Origin: Leidyana gryllorum EB-2025a
Lineage: Eukaryota > Protista > Apicomplexa
Reading direction: 5' to 3'
DNA length: 64,000 bases
Assembly (NCBI GenBank): GCA_048772705.1
Contig: JBLWGC010000036.1
Coordinates: 248,001 to 312,000 of the forward strand
This document shows, piece by piece, positions 38,187-53,656 of the stretch. The notes under the pieces were generated by a model. That model had not been told where the DNA came from and did no database searches. It saw nothing but the letters and a program-made list of their open reading frames with translations. A program made the translations under genes and the position numbers. Positions within the stretch are counted from its first letter, which is position 1. Every line of letters starts with the position of its first letter.

Positions 38187-38254
38187 TATAGTCGATTAAA
38201 AGTCTTTTCGTATTAATTGTCCACTATTTCCTATTCATAGAACTTTAACGACGA

Positions 38255-41296
<3,042 letters not shown>

Positions 41297-41324
41297 ATTA
41301 GTAATCGAAAAAAAGAATCGGTAG

Positions 41325-44300
41325 ATGGGCGAGGAGGCAGGTTCACCTCCTGCGAAGAGGCCTCGACTGGACGATGAAGGCAGAAACCGTGATAATGATG
41401 AGGCTGAGCGAAAGAAGAGGGAGCGAGCAGAGAAGTTCAGGCAACTGAGAGATGCCAAGAAACGAAAGGAGTCAGATGCACCGCCCCCCCCTCAACCTAC
41501 AGTGGCGGGTCCTACATCGAGACCCACCCCAGTTGTTCCTGCGGCCGTCACTATGCCCGCTGTCGCGCCCAAGGTGGTCATTAGGAAGCCGAATTCCCGT
41601 ATAAGTGTCAATCTGCGGATGGAGGCCGGGCCGCCCCCTCCAGACACTGCAACACCGCGTAGCTGTCGAGATGCGTTTAGTGCTCAGGAAGCGCTTTTTC
41701 AGGAGCTGCTGCCGCATAGTGCATCTGGCCCACTGAGTACCGACGGGAGCTCTCGCTCCGCGTTGCCGCTGGCAGAGTCGGACTCTCTGGACGAATATAT
41801 GCAGCAAGTGGACAAGAGATACCGAGCGGATGTCGTGGACACATTGGAGAGAATGGCACGGACGCAGAGGCGGGAGGAGCGCGTCGCTGCCGCGACCGAA
41901 GCCGCGAGAGCCCAAACTCAACCCAAACAGTCAATTACATTGGATGAAATCTTGGAACACGGCGGAGAGTCAGAAACCCAAGAAGTGGATATCAGCTCTT
42001 TTATGAACGCTCTGCGTCAACACGAGCAGAAAGGCGAAGAGAGCCATTCTCCACCATCAGTCTCCACTCAATCTCAACAGCTGGCGATTCGAGATGAGCA
42101 ACCCCCGCCCCCGTCAAGTCCCGAGCCCGCAGACAGTGATATGGCCAGTCCTCAAGAGGAGCCTCAAAGCAATGACAGCATCCTTTTGGGGGTGGACGAC
42201 GACGAAAATCAACAGGGCGCAATCGATGATTTTCTCAGTGCTCCGGGCGAGCCGGAAGCCTCTTACTTTGACTTGTTGGCGGTAAGCAATAAATGGCGAC
42301 GGAGACTGAGTGCGGTGACATTTTACCTTTCCAGCAACACGGGTCCAAGAAAGAGCTCCAGTTGGTGGACCACTCGAAGATTGACTACGAGGACTTCACC
42401 AAGAATCTCTATATCCAAGTCCGAGAGATCACTCAAATGAAGGATCACGAAGTGGAAGCACTTCGACGAACAAATGGAAACATTCGTGTCCGAGGCAAAG
42501 GGTGTCCGCGTCCGATCAAAGAGTTCTCTCAGTGTGGGCTCAAAGACGCTCTCCTTCAGGTGAATAGACCTGCTGCGATCTGCTCGCAAAAAGTAATCAC
42601 TCGGTAGGTTCTGGCCAAGCGAGGATGCGATGTACCCTTCCCAATCCAGATGCAAGCTATTCCGGCGCTCATGGCAGGTGAGTACACCACCCCCGACCGA
42701 ACCTTAATGGTCATCGTTGGTAGGCCGTAACGTAATAGGCATTGCTGAGACCGGCAGCGGTAAAACGTTGGCCTACTTGCTACCACTTCTACGACATGTC
42801 TTGGCGCAACGCCCTCTCGCCGACGGTGAAGGACCTATCGGTCTCATAATCACTCCCACTCGGGAGTTAGCCCAGCAAATCGCTCAAGAAGCCAAGAGGT
42901 ACTGCAATGCTGTCAAACTACGGTGTGCATTGGTCTATGGAGGTGGTGGAATTGGAGCTCAGCTCTCCGAGTTAAAAAGAGGAGCCGAAATTGTAGTCGG
43001 TACACCAGGAAGGATCACTGAAGTTCTCACAATCAACCGTGGGCGCATATGCAATCTTCGGGTAAGGCGCGCTCGGCACATTGAACCTGAAACTTCCATC
43101 AAATCAGCGTGTCACCTTCCTGGTTCTCGATGAGGCAGACAGAATGTTCGACTACGGATTCGGACCTCAAGTAGAGCGTATAATGAGTGAGTGGTCTCCC
43201 ATGGTCACCAGTTGTCACTGTGCCGCCTAATAGGTAATGTGCGACCCGATGCCCAGATGGCCATGTTCTCGGCAACCTTTCCGGCCATAATCGAAGGTGA
43301 GCCCATCTCCTCCTCCAACTGGCATCTCCTTCACAGGGTTGGCCCGTAAATGTATGTATAAACCATTGGAGATCATCGTGGGCGAGAAAGGCCGAACTGC
43401 GAGCACAGTGACTCAATATGTCGAGGTGATGCCAGACAAAGAGGCCAAGTTTCTGCGGTGAGTGTGTTCGGGCCGTCTCCCACACACACACTGTTCTCCT
43501 CAGTTTATTGAAGATACTCGGCGAATGGTACGACCACGGTGAGTCTATCCTTATTTTCGCGAGTCGCCAAGTGGAGGTGGATGAGTTGGCTCTGCATCTC
43601 GGAAAGTTTGGATACGACTGTCTCATTCTGCACGGTGGTCAAGATCAAGAGGAACGAGAACTCGCCCTCGACGACTTTAAACACAAACGCAAAACAATCC
43701 TGGTGGCAACCAGTATTGCTTCTCGCGGTTTGGATGTGAGATCTGTCGTGTTAGTCGTCAACTATACTCCTCCCGATCACTTGGAGGACTATGTCCACCG
43801 CATCGGGAGAACAGGGAGAGCCGGCAACATTGGGGTGGCATACACTTTCTTCACTCCTGATGAAGCTGACAAAGCCATGGATGTCGAACGTGCACTGTCT
43901 GAATCAGGTCAGAGAGTGCCTGAAGCTTTACACAGTCTCGTCGAGGAATACCAAGCCCAGCTGCAGGGCGGCACTGTGAGGCATCGCAAAGTCAAAGGCT
44001 TCGGGGGACGCGGGTATAAGTTCACCGCTGCAGAGCGGAGTGCCCAACAAGAAGCGAAGCAGTACTGGAAAAAGGAGCTTGGTAGGCGAAACTCTCAAGG
44101 GGCACCGCAGTACACACACACTCTGTTTGTGCAGGTATTGGCGAGGAAGCCGTGGAGGAGGAGAATCCGGACGGCGACGGCGCTGGCTCGTCTGAGACAG
44201 CCGGAGGGTCATCTGTTGGACCGAGCAGTGGGGGAGCGGGACTTCCGTTGCGGCCGCCCGCGCCTCCTCCTCCTTCAGGTGGCAGCACGCCCAATGCGGC

Positions 44301-45030
44301 TCCAGCCACGCCGTCCGCCAATGCCGCTGGGCCCGGGAACATACAACCCAATATTTGGGAGGAGATCAACGCTCAGGCGGTGGCATTGGTCAACAACTGG
44401 ACTGCTGCAATTCTTGATCCTGCTCAGAAAGCTCAACAGGTCGAGAGTCTGGTGCCTGCTATACGGCAGATCATCGCACAACGTCATTCACTTCCCGTCG
44501 GCGGTGTTCCGGTCGCTGCTAATGGGCGTCCAATGCCCAATGTTTCTCAGATGGTCCAGGACGCAATCCAACCCCTCAAAGCTGGCCTTCCCAAGGGAAC
44601 TGCCCGTCCACTTTCCCAGGCCGAATATATAGACCCTGTTACGAACAATTTCGTCACCTCCATATCCATAAATGATTATCCTGCTCAGGCGCGGCACAAG
44701 GTTTCGCAAAAGGTGAGTGTGGACACACGTGTGCTGACTGACACTCGACTTCAGGAAACATTGAACCGCATATCGGAATCTACGGGCGCCGCTCTTCAGG
44801 TTCGCGGCGTCTACATCGATCCCGATCGACGACGGGCGGCCCCAATTCAATTAGGAGCAAAGGAGCTCCATATAGAAATCATAGCTCCAACACAAGTGGG
44901 AGCTCAGCGCGCTAGGTGAGTTGGCTGAGAAACTGAACTCAACTTGTGTGTGAACAGACGTGAGCTTCACTCCATTTTGGAGACAGTGGCCAAGAAGCAG
45001 CTAAACGCCCCATCCAATGGCCGATGGTGA
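41325..45030 (+). CDS. PRP5: DEAD-box RNA helicase DDX46/Prp5
   Basis: DSLDEYM (DPLD-like motif), [40 protein letters not shown], and a C-terminal KH-like [12 protein letters not shown] domain. Confidence 0.93.
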
Positions 45031-45111
45031 TCGATCACACGAGCGCGAGTGAGTATCACTCTCTATTAGTAGACCAGCTCCCCAGCACCAATCTATAAAG
45101 CAATTATCTAT

Positions 45112-47344
45112 CTATAAAGCTCCCGCCGTCGGTATTTTGCGTCGCTTGGTGGTCTGGACCTTGGGAGAGCTGCTAATGTGTTGGCGTTTCCGACTGGTGC
45201 CTGGTCTCGACACCGGCTCGCCGTTCCGTTCCCCATTCCGATTGGCCGCCGCTTTCCTCACTCCCTTTCGCTTTGTGGGGGGAGGCAGATATTGTCGAAA
45301 TAAAGCCGTCGCCATCGACTTGGGTATCTTGAGCCGGGAGGTCGTAAACCCTGCCGTCCGCACGTAATTATCGAGAGAGAGACAGACAGCCACTGCCTGC
45401 ACTCACCGAGATGAGTGACCTTGTCTGCAGCTGTCATGTCTGCAATTAGTCGCATTCCTTCCGGCAGCCGACTGTTCAATGGTTGCTTGTGACCCAGACG
45501 GCGGCCATCATTACGCTTACTCTACCAAGTCTCGGTGACAGTTTGCCCTGTAAGACACCAGCACCGCTTGTTGGGCCCGCGCGTTTGGGGAAATCCCGAC
45601 AATGAGGACCTGCGGTGACCTCGCGAGGTTCCCACCCGACACAATCCGGGTGAGGATTCCACACGCTCGTCGCATCGCAAAGTGGGAGGACGCCAACTCT
45701 GGCACCAAGTCTTCATCGACATAACCCTCCAGAATGCCTTTTTGTCCCGCCAGCAGATCGCGGGCAACTGTACGACTTGCGTTCCGTCGCGTGATGAGCC
45801 TCTCCACCTGCGTGCGAAGCGGGGAAACGACTTTTCCTTTATAGCCACAATTGCTTACCAACTGATGCATGTCGCGGCTGACTTTGAGGGCGTGGCGAGA
45901 CAGCAGTAGAATGCTGGGAGCGTGAGGCCACTCTTCAGATCCGGAGAGGCTGTCAACGCAATTGCATTCACACACACACGAACACACACATCCATCAATA
46001 CCTCTCCAACAACTTGAGACAGTGCATGAACCGTCGCAGCTGAGAACTGGCGTGCGACGCTGCTCGTTGGGGCTTTTTGACCTCTTCAAGGGCGAGCCGC
46101 TCGGTGTCTTCGGCCTCCGCCGCTGTTATAGATGCATGGCTTTCGGTGTCCCCCCTAATGCTGCCCACCACAAAGCGTGTCCATTGTCATGGCGTGGCCC
46201 AGGAGCAGCGAGAAGTCGATGTTGGTGATAAAGTCGGGGAGATCTTTCTGCATTGGAAGAATAGGGGCAAAGCTGTATTGGTCTGTAGCCATCACTTTTA
46301 CAGAGCAGACGGCCAACTGGGAACTGGAGGGTATTTCTCACCTCGACAAGTGTGACATAGAACGCTGGCACCGTCACGTCAAACTTGAGTTGGGCCGTCA
46401 TGGGGTTGTTAGCCACGAGCTTGGTGAGTGCCGCCCTGCACACGTCATGGGCAGCCAGCGAAAGAAGGCCCTCACGGTAGAGTATTTCTCACTGCTTTCT
46501 TGACGGCTATATATTTCCATCGAGCAGGCAGGGGCTCACCAAGACAACTCGATCTGCGACCGCCGCCCATGAAGCCTACTTGGTGGTCAATATCTCCGTC
46601 TACAACCTGATGTAACGGGGTCGGTTACCTTGTCGAGTTGCATTTCGAGTCGGAACGACCCAAGATCAATGTGCAGATCACGCCGAGATCCAACGTTGAA
46701 TACCTATGCGACCATTGCGGGACAATTTCAACGTTCTCTCACTCGTGTGGCCACAAAGAACGGACAACTTTGCACTGCTTCGCCTATGGAGGTGAAGCGC
46801 ATCAGCGGCATGAAGACCTCTTTGGGCTCAAAGCCAACACGAGAGGTGTCTCCAGAGCTCCGACATTCGCTGCGGGCTGCATAATGGAGAAGCAGAGGGG
46901 GCGAGAGAAAGTTTCTCACCTATCTTTGATACTCTTATACTCGTCGGCCAGTTGCTGAGTATATGTCTCATACTCGTCCCGCGATAGCGAATGGTTGACC
47001 AGATGGTAGGCAATACCAATCGAGGTGGTCCTGGGATTGGGACAGATTCATTATTCCGCGCGTGTCTCTCCTCAGACGTAACATACCAAATGCTCTGGAT
47101 CGTCTCGCATCCGGCGTCTCTCAGCGCCTCTGCTATGATTGCGCACGAAGGAGCAGCGAAAAACTCGCCCCCAGTTGACGCCAGACACCCAAATAGACCT
47201 TCAGATGTGACCAAATCTGTTTCTTTCGATAACGTTAATCCATGCTCCAGATTCTCGGAGATTAGAGTCAACTCGTCGGCAGAGACGCACAAATGACATA
47301 AGGTCTGTTAAGATTATATCAGATACTGACTGAATGGGGGCGAT

Positions 47345-47395
<51 letters not shown>

Positions 47396-47932
47396 GGAAG
47401 AGTTCTTAGTGCAGTGCGGGGTAGTCCGGTGTTCAACGTACGTCTACCGTGTCATTTGGCAGCGATGTCTGACAGTACAGCGGATCGATTGGTCGATTAA
47501 AGTCAACAATGAACCAGTGATGAGTGTCGGAAACTTGTTGTTGTCGTTGTTGATGGGGAGGAGCCGAGTCCATGTCACTTTGCAATAATAGGACGCGGAG
47601 ATCATGTCGAGCTCCCATATTGATGAAAATAATCCCAGGTGTCAGGACATTGCGAGCCTCGCAGAGGGCGTAGACATTTCGGAGCTCAGCATAATCGGCC
47701 ACAACATATAATCGGACGAGAACACCCAAGTGATCTGTCAGAAACCTCTACTCCGAACGTTGGGTTGGGAAAGATTGATATATACCTGGAGGATGAACAC
47801 CGAGCATAGGGCGTCAACATCAGTCGAAGAGAAAATTGTGGTAGACCTGCCAGTACATCCGTGGGCAATTAGCTTGGGGAAAAAAAGGCTGGGCGGAATC
47901 AGCAAGTCATTCAGCAGACTGGAGCTGCTCAT
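45112..47932 (-). CDS. CDC45: Cell division control protein 45 (divergent, multi-exon; 3' exons approximate)
   Basis: Spliced motifs TDVDALCSVFILQ, IIFINMGARHDL, FIVDFNRP, IWTTSIGIAYH and FMPLMRFTSIGEAVQSCPF align in order with Cdc45 DVDALCA..IL, LINCG, CDTHRP, LWWAIVG and LVLYQHWSL. Confidence 0.82.
47347..47393. repeat. (GT)n microsatellite, about 23 units, inside a CDC45 intron
   Basis: Uninterrupted GT run in an intron of about 137 nt. Confidence 0.97.
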
Positions 47933-47971
47933 GCTGGTTGACTTGCAGATATTTTTGTTCAAGCTTTTCGG
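47933..47971. promoter_or_regulatory. Putative minimal bidirectional promoter between CDC45 and the TBC gene
   Basis: 39 bp between divergent ATGs, containing atttttg and ttttcg tracts. Confidence 0.5.
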
Positions 47972-49411
47972 ATGGAATGCGGGAGTGTCAGGCTTGCGAA
48001 GCTCAAGTCTTTCTGCGACGCCAAGCGACCCCCCCTCGGTAAGTTTAATCAGTCCACAGCACCCATTCGCTCTCCCATCAGACGACCTCAAGAGTTTTGC
48101 GTGGTGCGGGTTACCTGATGGCACGTCTTTCAAAGAACGCGCCCTGATATGGAATGTCATGTTGGGCTATCTGCCAGTCGATGCAGTCGGCCGTGAGAGT
48201 GGTGAGTGCAGCCGCCAAACTCGCATATCCGACCCACCGATCGCGTGCCGCGCACAGTTCTGCAGTCAAAACGTCGAAAGTACCATCAAAGCGTCGATAT
48301 GTACTTTGGGGCCTATGTTGACTATGCCGACTCTGAGACCGAGGACCCCTCAGACGGAGAGGACGGCAAAACGGAGCCTCCCACCAGGCGCACTGGGTCT
48401 CGTTCGGACCTGCAATCAGACGCTTCTCCGGCTACACTCCCCTCCGTCCCCGCTGGGAGTATCGATCTCAAGCAGTTAAGGCAAATTCGAGCCGATCTTG
48501 CCCGGACACGTCCCCGCGGATTCGAAAAGCTCTTTTCGAATCGGAGAGTGCAATTTGTATTAACACGTTCGCTGTATATATGGGGAATCAAACATCCAGC
48601 CGCTGGCTACGTTCAAGGCATTAATGATCTGCTCGTCCCATTCTTCATCGTCTATCTCCTTGCCGAGCTTGAGGAAGCCGCCGCAGGAGGGGGGTGTCTG
48701 GTATCGCTCGACTCCCTCACCAGTCCTGACGAGAGACTGCTTGCCGATATGCCTCAAGCCCTCCTGAACGCTGAGGCCGATAGTTACTTTGCCTTCGATG
48801 CACTAATCGGCGACATACAGGTACGACGAGTGTCATTCTTCTTCGATCTATCTGTCTGTCATTCCCTGTGGTCAATAGGATTTTTACATAAGCGGCCAGC
48901 CAGGGATCAACAGAGAGATGGAGACTCTGAAAGCCATAGTTCGACGAACTAAGCCCACTTTGGCGAGCCATCTGGACAGAGAAGGGGTGTCATTTCGAGA
49001 CTTTGCCTTTCGATGGTACAATTGCCTGATGACTCGCGAGCTGCCGCCGGGGGCCATCATTCTGTTGTGGGACACATTCCTAGCTGAAGGCCTCGAGAAT
49101 CTGCCCTCCCTACTGAACTACATTTGCGCAGCCTTCATTGGGCGCTTCGAAAACGATCTGACGGCACAGTCCAGCTTCCAAGAGGTAGGCGGAGAGGCGT
49201 TCTTTACAGTGACAATTGCTTTACTGTTGACTGTAGATTATGATATTCATCCAGAACCCTCCGTCGCAGGACTGGGAGACTGGCGACATACGTGCTTTGA
49301 CGTCCGAAGCGTAAGTGGTTCGATATAACGATAGCATCACATCGTCGTGTCTATAACAGATTCGTCCTAAAAAGCCTCTTTGAGAATTCGCCTAATCAGT
49401 TGGCGGCCTGA
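47972..49411 (+). CDS. TBC-domain Rab GTPase-activating protein (TBC1D22/Gyp1 type)
   Basis: Spliced start MECGSVRLAKLKSF...DDLKSFAWCGLP. Catalytic QIRADLART (IxxDxxR) and GYVQGINDL, FAFRWYNCLMTREL, C-terminus SEAFVLKSLFENSPNQLAA*. Confidence 0.92.
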
Positions 49412-50154
49412 GTCGGGTATTTGACCAACAATCTGACCGGCTCTCCTGCGGTGGTCTGTTGCTCCAATTGAGCGAGCGCGGATTGATCAATCACCGGAGC
49501 ATCAATACGAGCAAGTGCAGACTCGAGTGCAGATGAGGCCTTCAGCGGCTTCTCAAGCACAAGCAGAGCACGCGGCTTCTCCAGCGCTTCGGGTTGCTCC
49601 TTAATAAGAGTCATGAGCATCCCTTCCTTGACATTGGGAACTTCGGATGTGAAGAGGTGACGGCCACGCTCGGCCGGAATCTCAATGTTGAGATTCTCGG
49701 TACCTACGGGCGGCACAGAGAGCCCAACGATGGATTCGTCAGCTGATGCGGCCGTGGACGCCCAGATCAAACCGGTCGAGACCAACTCAGCGTAGGGTGA
49801 GGTGGAGGGGTCTGTGGGTTTGAGGAGAGCAGATGCTTGGACGGCTCGAAGGTTCCCGTTTTGAGCGAGAGCCCGAACTGGTGATGGCAACACGGGGAAG
49901 TCAGCGGGTGTGGCATCAAATGTCCAATGGTCGATCTGATATTCGTTGCCGTCCAGAGCAATGCCACATTGGAACTGATCAGATGGCTTCAAGGTGATAG
50001 AGTCGGCTAACGGGCGGGACAAAAGGATAGGAACCGTGGCTGCAGGATTGCACAAGACACTAATCTCAATATCGCGACGGTCGCCTTCCGCTGGAGTCAC
50101 CAACCGGCCTTCAGTGGCAACGATACAAAGTAGCAGAGCGTAAGCAGCAATCAT
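49396..50154 (-). CDS. Putative secreted protein, unknown function
   Basis: 252-aa intronless ORF with signal peptide MIAAYALLLCIVATEG. Confidence 0.7.
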   Translation of the reverse strand: MIAAYALLLCIVATEGRLVTPAEGDRRDIEISVLCNPAATVPILLSRPLADSITLKPSDQFQCGIALDGNEYQIDHWTFDATPADFPVLPSPVRALAQNGNLRAVQASALLKPTDPSTSPYAELVSTGLIWASTAASADESIVGLSVPPVGTENLNIEIPAERGRHLFTSEVPNVKEGMLMTLIKEQPEALEKPRALLVLEKPLKASSALESALARIDAPVIDQSALAQLEQQTTAGEPVRLLVKYPTQAAN

Positions 50155-50292
50155 TATGCTTAGCTTTTGAGTGTTCTTGAGGTGTTCGAGCGACTCGGAC
50201 TTATATTGTAAATCATTCTGACAACTAGATCGCCCAGAGGTTTTCCGCCGAAAAACATCTCTCTCTTAGTCTCGCGAATTTGTGAATCGTGA

Positions 50293-51186
50293 ATGGCAGC
50301 CTCGCCCATACAACAAGTGTGGAGGTCAAACCTACGTAAGTATCATCATTATATCTCACTCTGTGATGAAATGGCACCACAGACTCCGCCATAGTACAGA
50401 TATCCCAACTCATTGATCAATTTCCCTTCGTGGCCGTGGATACTGAATTTCCTGGAGTAGTTGCCAGACCAATTGTTGATCATGACAGAGTATATAAAAC
50501 CATAAAGTGCAACGTTGACCAACTGAAACTCGTCCAAGTCGGCCTCAGCTTAGCAAACGCTAACGGGGTGAAACCACTAGGAACCAGTACATGGCAGTTC
50601 AACTTCCATTTCGACCCCAGGTAGGCTGACAGTGCCCCCAAAGACTCAAATCGGTCTCCACTGGCAGTCACGACACCTGCTCAGAAGAATCGCTGGAGTT
50701 CCTGGAGGCAACTGGGGTCAGCTTCCGGCAACACAAAGATGACGGGATTGACGGTTACGAGTTTGCTAGTCTGCTGATGACCAGCGGATTAGTTTTGAAT
50801 AATTCAGTCACTTGGATAAGCTTTCATGGCGCGTACGACTTTGCATACTTGCTCAAGGTAAGCCACACGCAAATAAACACACATGAATGTGCAATATCGA
50901 CCCCAAGCTGCTGACTGGTCGTCCACTCCCGTACGACAGTGCACAATTTTTCCGTCTGATGGACGACTACTTCCCCCGCGTATTCGACATCAAGAGTCTG
51001 CTTAGCCCTATGCTCCCTGTCGAAAGCTCACTTCGTACTGCCTGTGTCAGTATGGGAGTGATGCGTGAGGGAGTGGAACATCAGGCTGGCCCTGACAGCT
51101 TGACGACTTGCCATCTGTTCTTTCGCTTGGGAGGGCGTCGTAGGTGGACCAGTATGGCACCAACTGGAGTTTTCGGAGCTGTGTGA
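50293..51186 (+). CDS. CAF1: CCR4-associated factor 1 (DEDDh deadenylase)
   Basis: QVWRSNL, AVDTEFPGVVARP, TWQFNF, WISFHGAYDF, HQAGPDS; three GT-AG introns. Confidence 0.95.
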
Positions 51187-51382
51187 TAGTAGCAATTGCC
51201 CAAATAATAATAGGCGTTGGGGACAGCGACTTCGCACACACACAGATATAGTTATTTTGAGAAGAGGAAATTGTACCTGTTGTTGAGTTGTGTGATCTTC
51301 TTTGGCTTTCACCTTCAAAGCATTTTTCTTTGAGTGAAGTGCCACACAGGCTTTTTCTGGACTATATTTGCCTCTTACTAAG

Positions 51383-52956
51383 ATGGGAAACGCTAACAGT
51401 AACCTGTGCTCTGGTCCCGTTGAGACGGCCCAGCCTCTTGATGCCGTTGTCGTCCCGACCGAGGAAGAAATTCAGACTTATGTATCTGAAGTGAAGCAGG
51501 TTGTGGAGGACACCGTTGAGTCTCCTGAGGCCCGGTTTGAGGTGAGTTGCGGCGCCGAAGAGGTTTATGAGTTGATGTTCTTTCGCAGCGTTACATCAAA
51601 GCTTTCAAGCCAGATCACGAGCGGTTGCGGGTGTGCACCCAGAGCTTTGTGGAGGAGCTGGAGTTAGGGTTGGCTAACCACAAGGCGGTCAAGATGGGTC
51701 AGAAGCCAGAAGAGTGCTCCTTTAAGTGCCTGGACAGTTTCGTACCTCGTGCCCCGTCCGGAGATGAGAGTGGTGTCTACTACGCGCTCGACTTTGGTGG
51801 CAGCAACTTCAGAGTTGTTCGGGTTGCTATGGACCACGGAAGATTCAAAATCAGTGCAAAGAAGGCTTCATTGTCCGACTGCGACACTGGTCATCCCAGA
51901 GGTGTCTTGGACCCTAAGGCTACTGCCACGCAGATGTTCAATTTTTTCGCTCAAACATGCGAAGAATTTCTGCGCGAATCTGGTGATATGGACAAGGGTC
52001 TTGAGTTCGCTGTCGGTTTCACTTTCTCCTACCCGGTTAACTCACGTCGTCTGGACAGCGGTGATCTGATGGTTTGGACGAAGGGTTTCGAGACTGGCCG
52101 CGACACTAACGACCCAGTGGAAGGTTGCGATGTTGGTGAACTGCTCAACCAAGCCTTCGCACGCCGCGCCCTTCCGTTGAAGGTTAACTGCGTCTGTAAT
52201 GACACTGTCGGCACTCTGATCTCGTGCGCTTACAGCTTACCTCGTGAACAGCCTCCGTGCGCCATTGGTTTGATCTTGGGTACCGGTATGAACGCCTGCT
52301 ATTTGGATGAGCGTGCCAACGACTGGGGCTATGTGAGTAAAATCATCAACATTGAATGCGGCAACTTCAACCGTGACACTCTGCCTCGAACCAACGTCGA
52401 CTTTGAGTTGGATTTCGACGATGTTGGAGGCCGTGGTCGTCAACACCTTGAAAAGATGTGCTCCGGAGCTTATCTGGGCGATCTGTGCCGTCGCATTTGC
52501 GTCAAAGTCTTCCAATATAAAGCCCCTCCTCGCATGTGGCAACGTGATAGCTTCACCTCCGAAGATGCTTCCACTATAATTAGCGACAAGTCCGAGGAAA
52601 TGATTGTTGTCCAGCGGAAGACTCAGGAGCGATGGAATCACACCTTCAACAAGACAGAATTGGAATGGATCAAAGCTATTTGCAGTGTAGTTTTTGAGAG
52701 GGCGGCGGCTATGGCTGCTGTTATCATCGCTGCTACCGCCCTTAAATCTGGCCGTCTGCAGGAAGCTATGGGTGGTGTTACCGCTGGTATCGATGGTTCT
52801 ATCTACAAATGTAATCCATTCCTGCGCGATGACCTGCGAAGATATCTCAACATTATCTTGGGAGAAACTCAGGCCAACCTGGTGAACGTTGCCTTTGCCG
52901 ATGACGGTTCTGGTTTGGGAGCTGCTATTGTCGCAGCGGTCGCTGACGCCAACTAG
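51383..52956 (+). CDS. HK: Hexokinase (intact catalytic motifs) with N-terminal MGxxxSxxC
   Basis: LDFGGSNFRV, GFTFSYP, WTKGF, NDTVGT, ILGTG, NIECG, EKM, DGS and DDGSG; one intron at 51542-51588. Confidence 0.96.
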
Positions 52957-53195
52957 AATGATTAACTCAGCCTGTCCTACTTTTTCTGACCTCCCAACCC
53001 ATTCCCCCATATTTTCTATCTGCGTGGGTGAACTGCCCCCCCTCGAATCGAACTAATACTGATTGACTGTAGAATGTCCAGTAGAGTTTCTACGCGTCTG
53101 GTGAATACCTGAACGACAACGCACCGTGCTCAGAGGTGACGTTACACCTACCATTCCAAAAGTCCGAGCTAGGGATCTAACCGTAGAGCCGATCC

Positions 53196-53492
53196 TTACC
53201 AAGCACGCTCCGTTTTTATCCCGAAGTCGCGGGTCCTTTGGCCATCCATGTAACGTGCTTGGCAGAAGTAGTCGTCTAATCCAGTAAAAGGCTTCGACGA
53301 CTGCTTGATGACCTCTGAAGTCTCACAAGTAACTCTCACTACGTTAGGGACTGGAGTTGGGGTAGATTCAGTGAGTAACTGCACTCGAGTACGATCTGGC
53401 TTGTCAAGCAAACGCACTTTGTGTGTTGGACAGGATGCAGCCCCGAACCTTCGTGGAGTCGGTGTGCCACGAAGTATGTGAAAGTCTATCAC
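53196..53492 (-). CDS. Possible small gene or exon (98-aa ORF, no clear ATG)
   Basis: An open frame preceded by an acceptor-like ccacacag fills an otherwise unusually long gap. No upstream exon with an ATG was found. Confidence 0.3.
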   Translation of the reverse strand: MIDFHILRGTPTPRRFGAASCPTHKVRLLDKPDRTRVQLLTESTPTPVPNVVRVTCETSEVIKQSSKPFTGLDDYFCQARYMDGQRTRDFGIKTERAW

Positions 53493-53656
53493 TGAATAAC
53501 TGTGTGGAGGTAAGTTAGAATGTATGGCTGTGCTATAGGGATTGCGGAATCGTTTGATGTCTATACACCGAATCGCGCTGTCAATGTTGAAGGAGCATTA
53601 GACACAGCAATTGCTGTGACGCTCGCAAACAAAAAAGACAAGGGATCAATAGTCAA

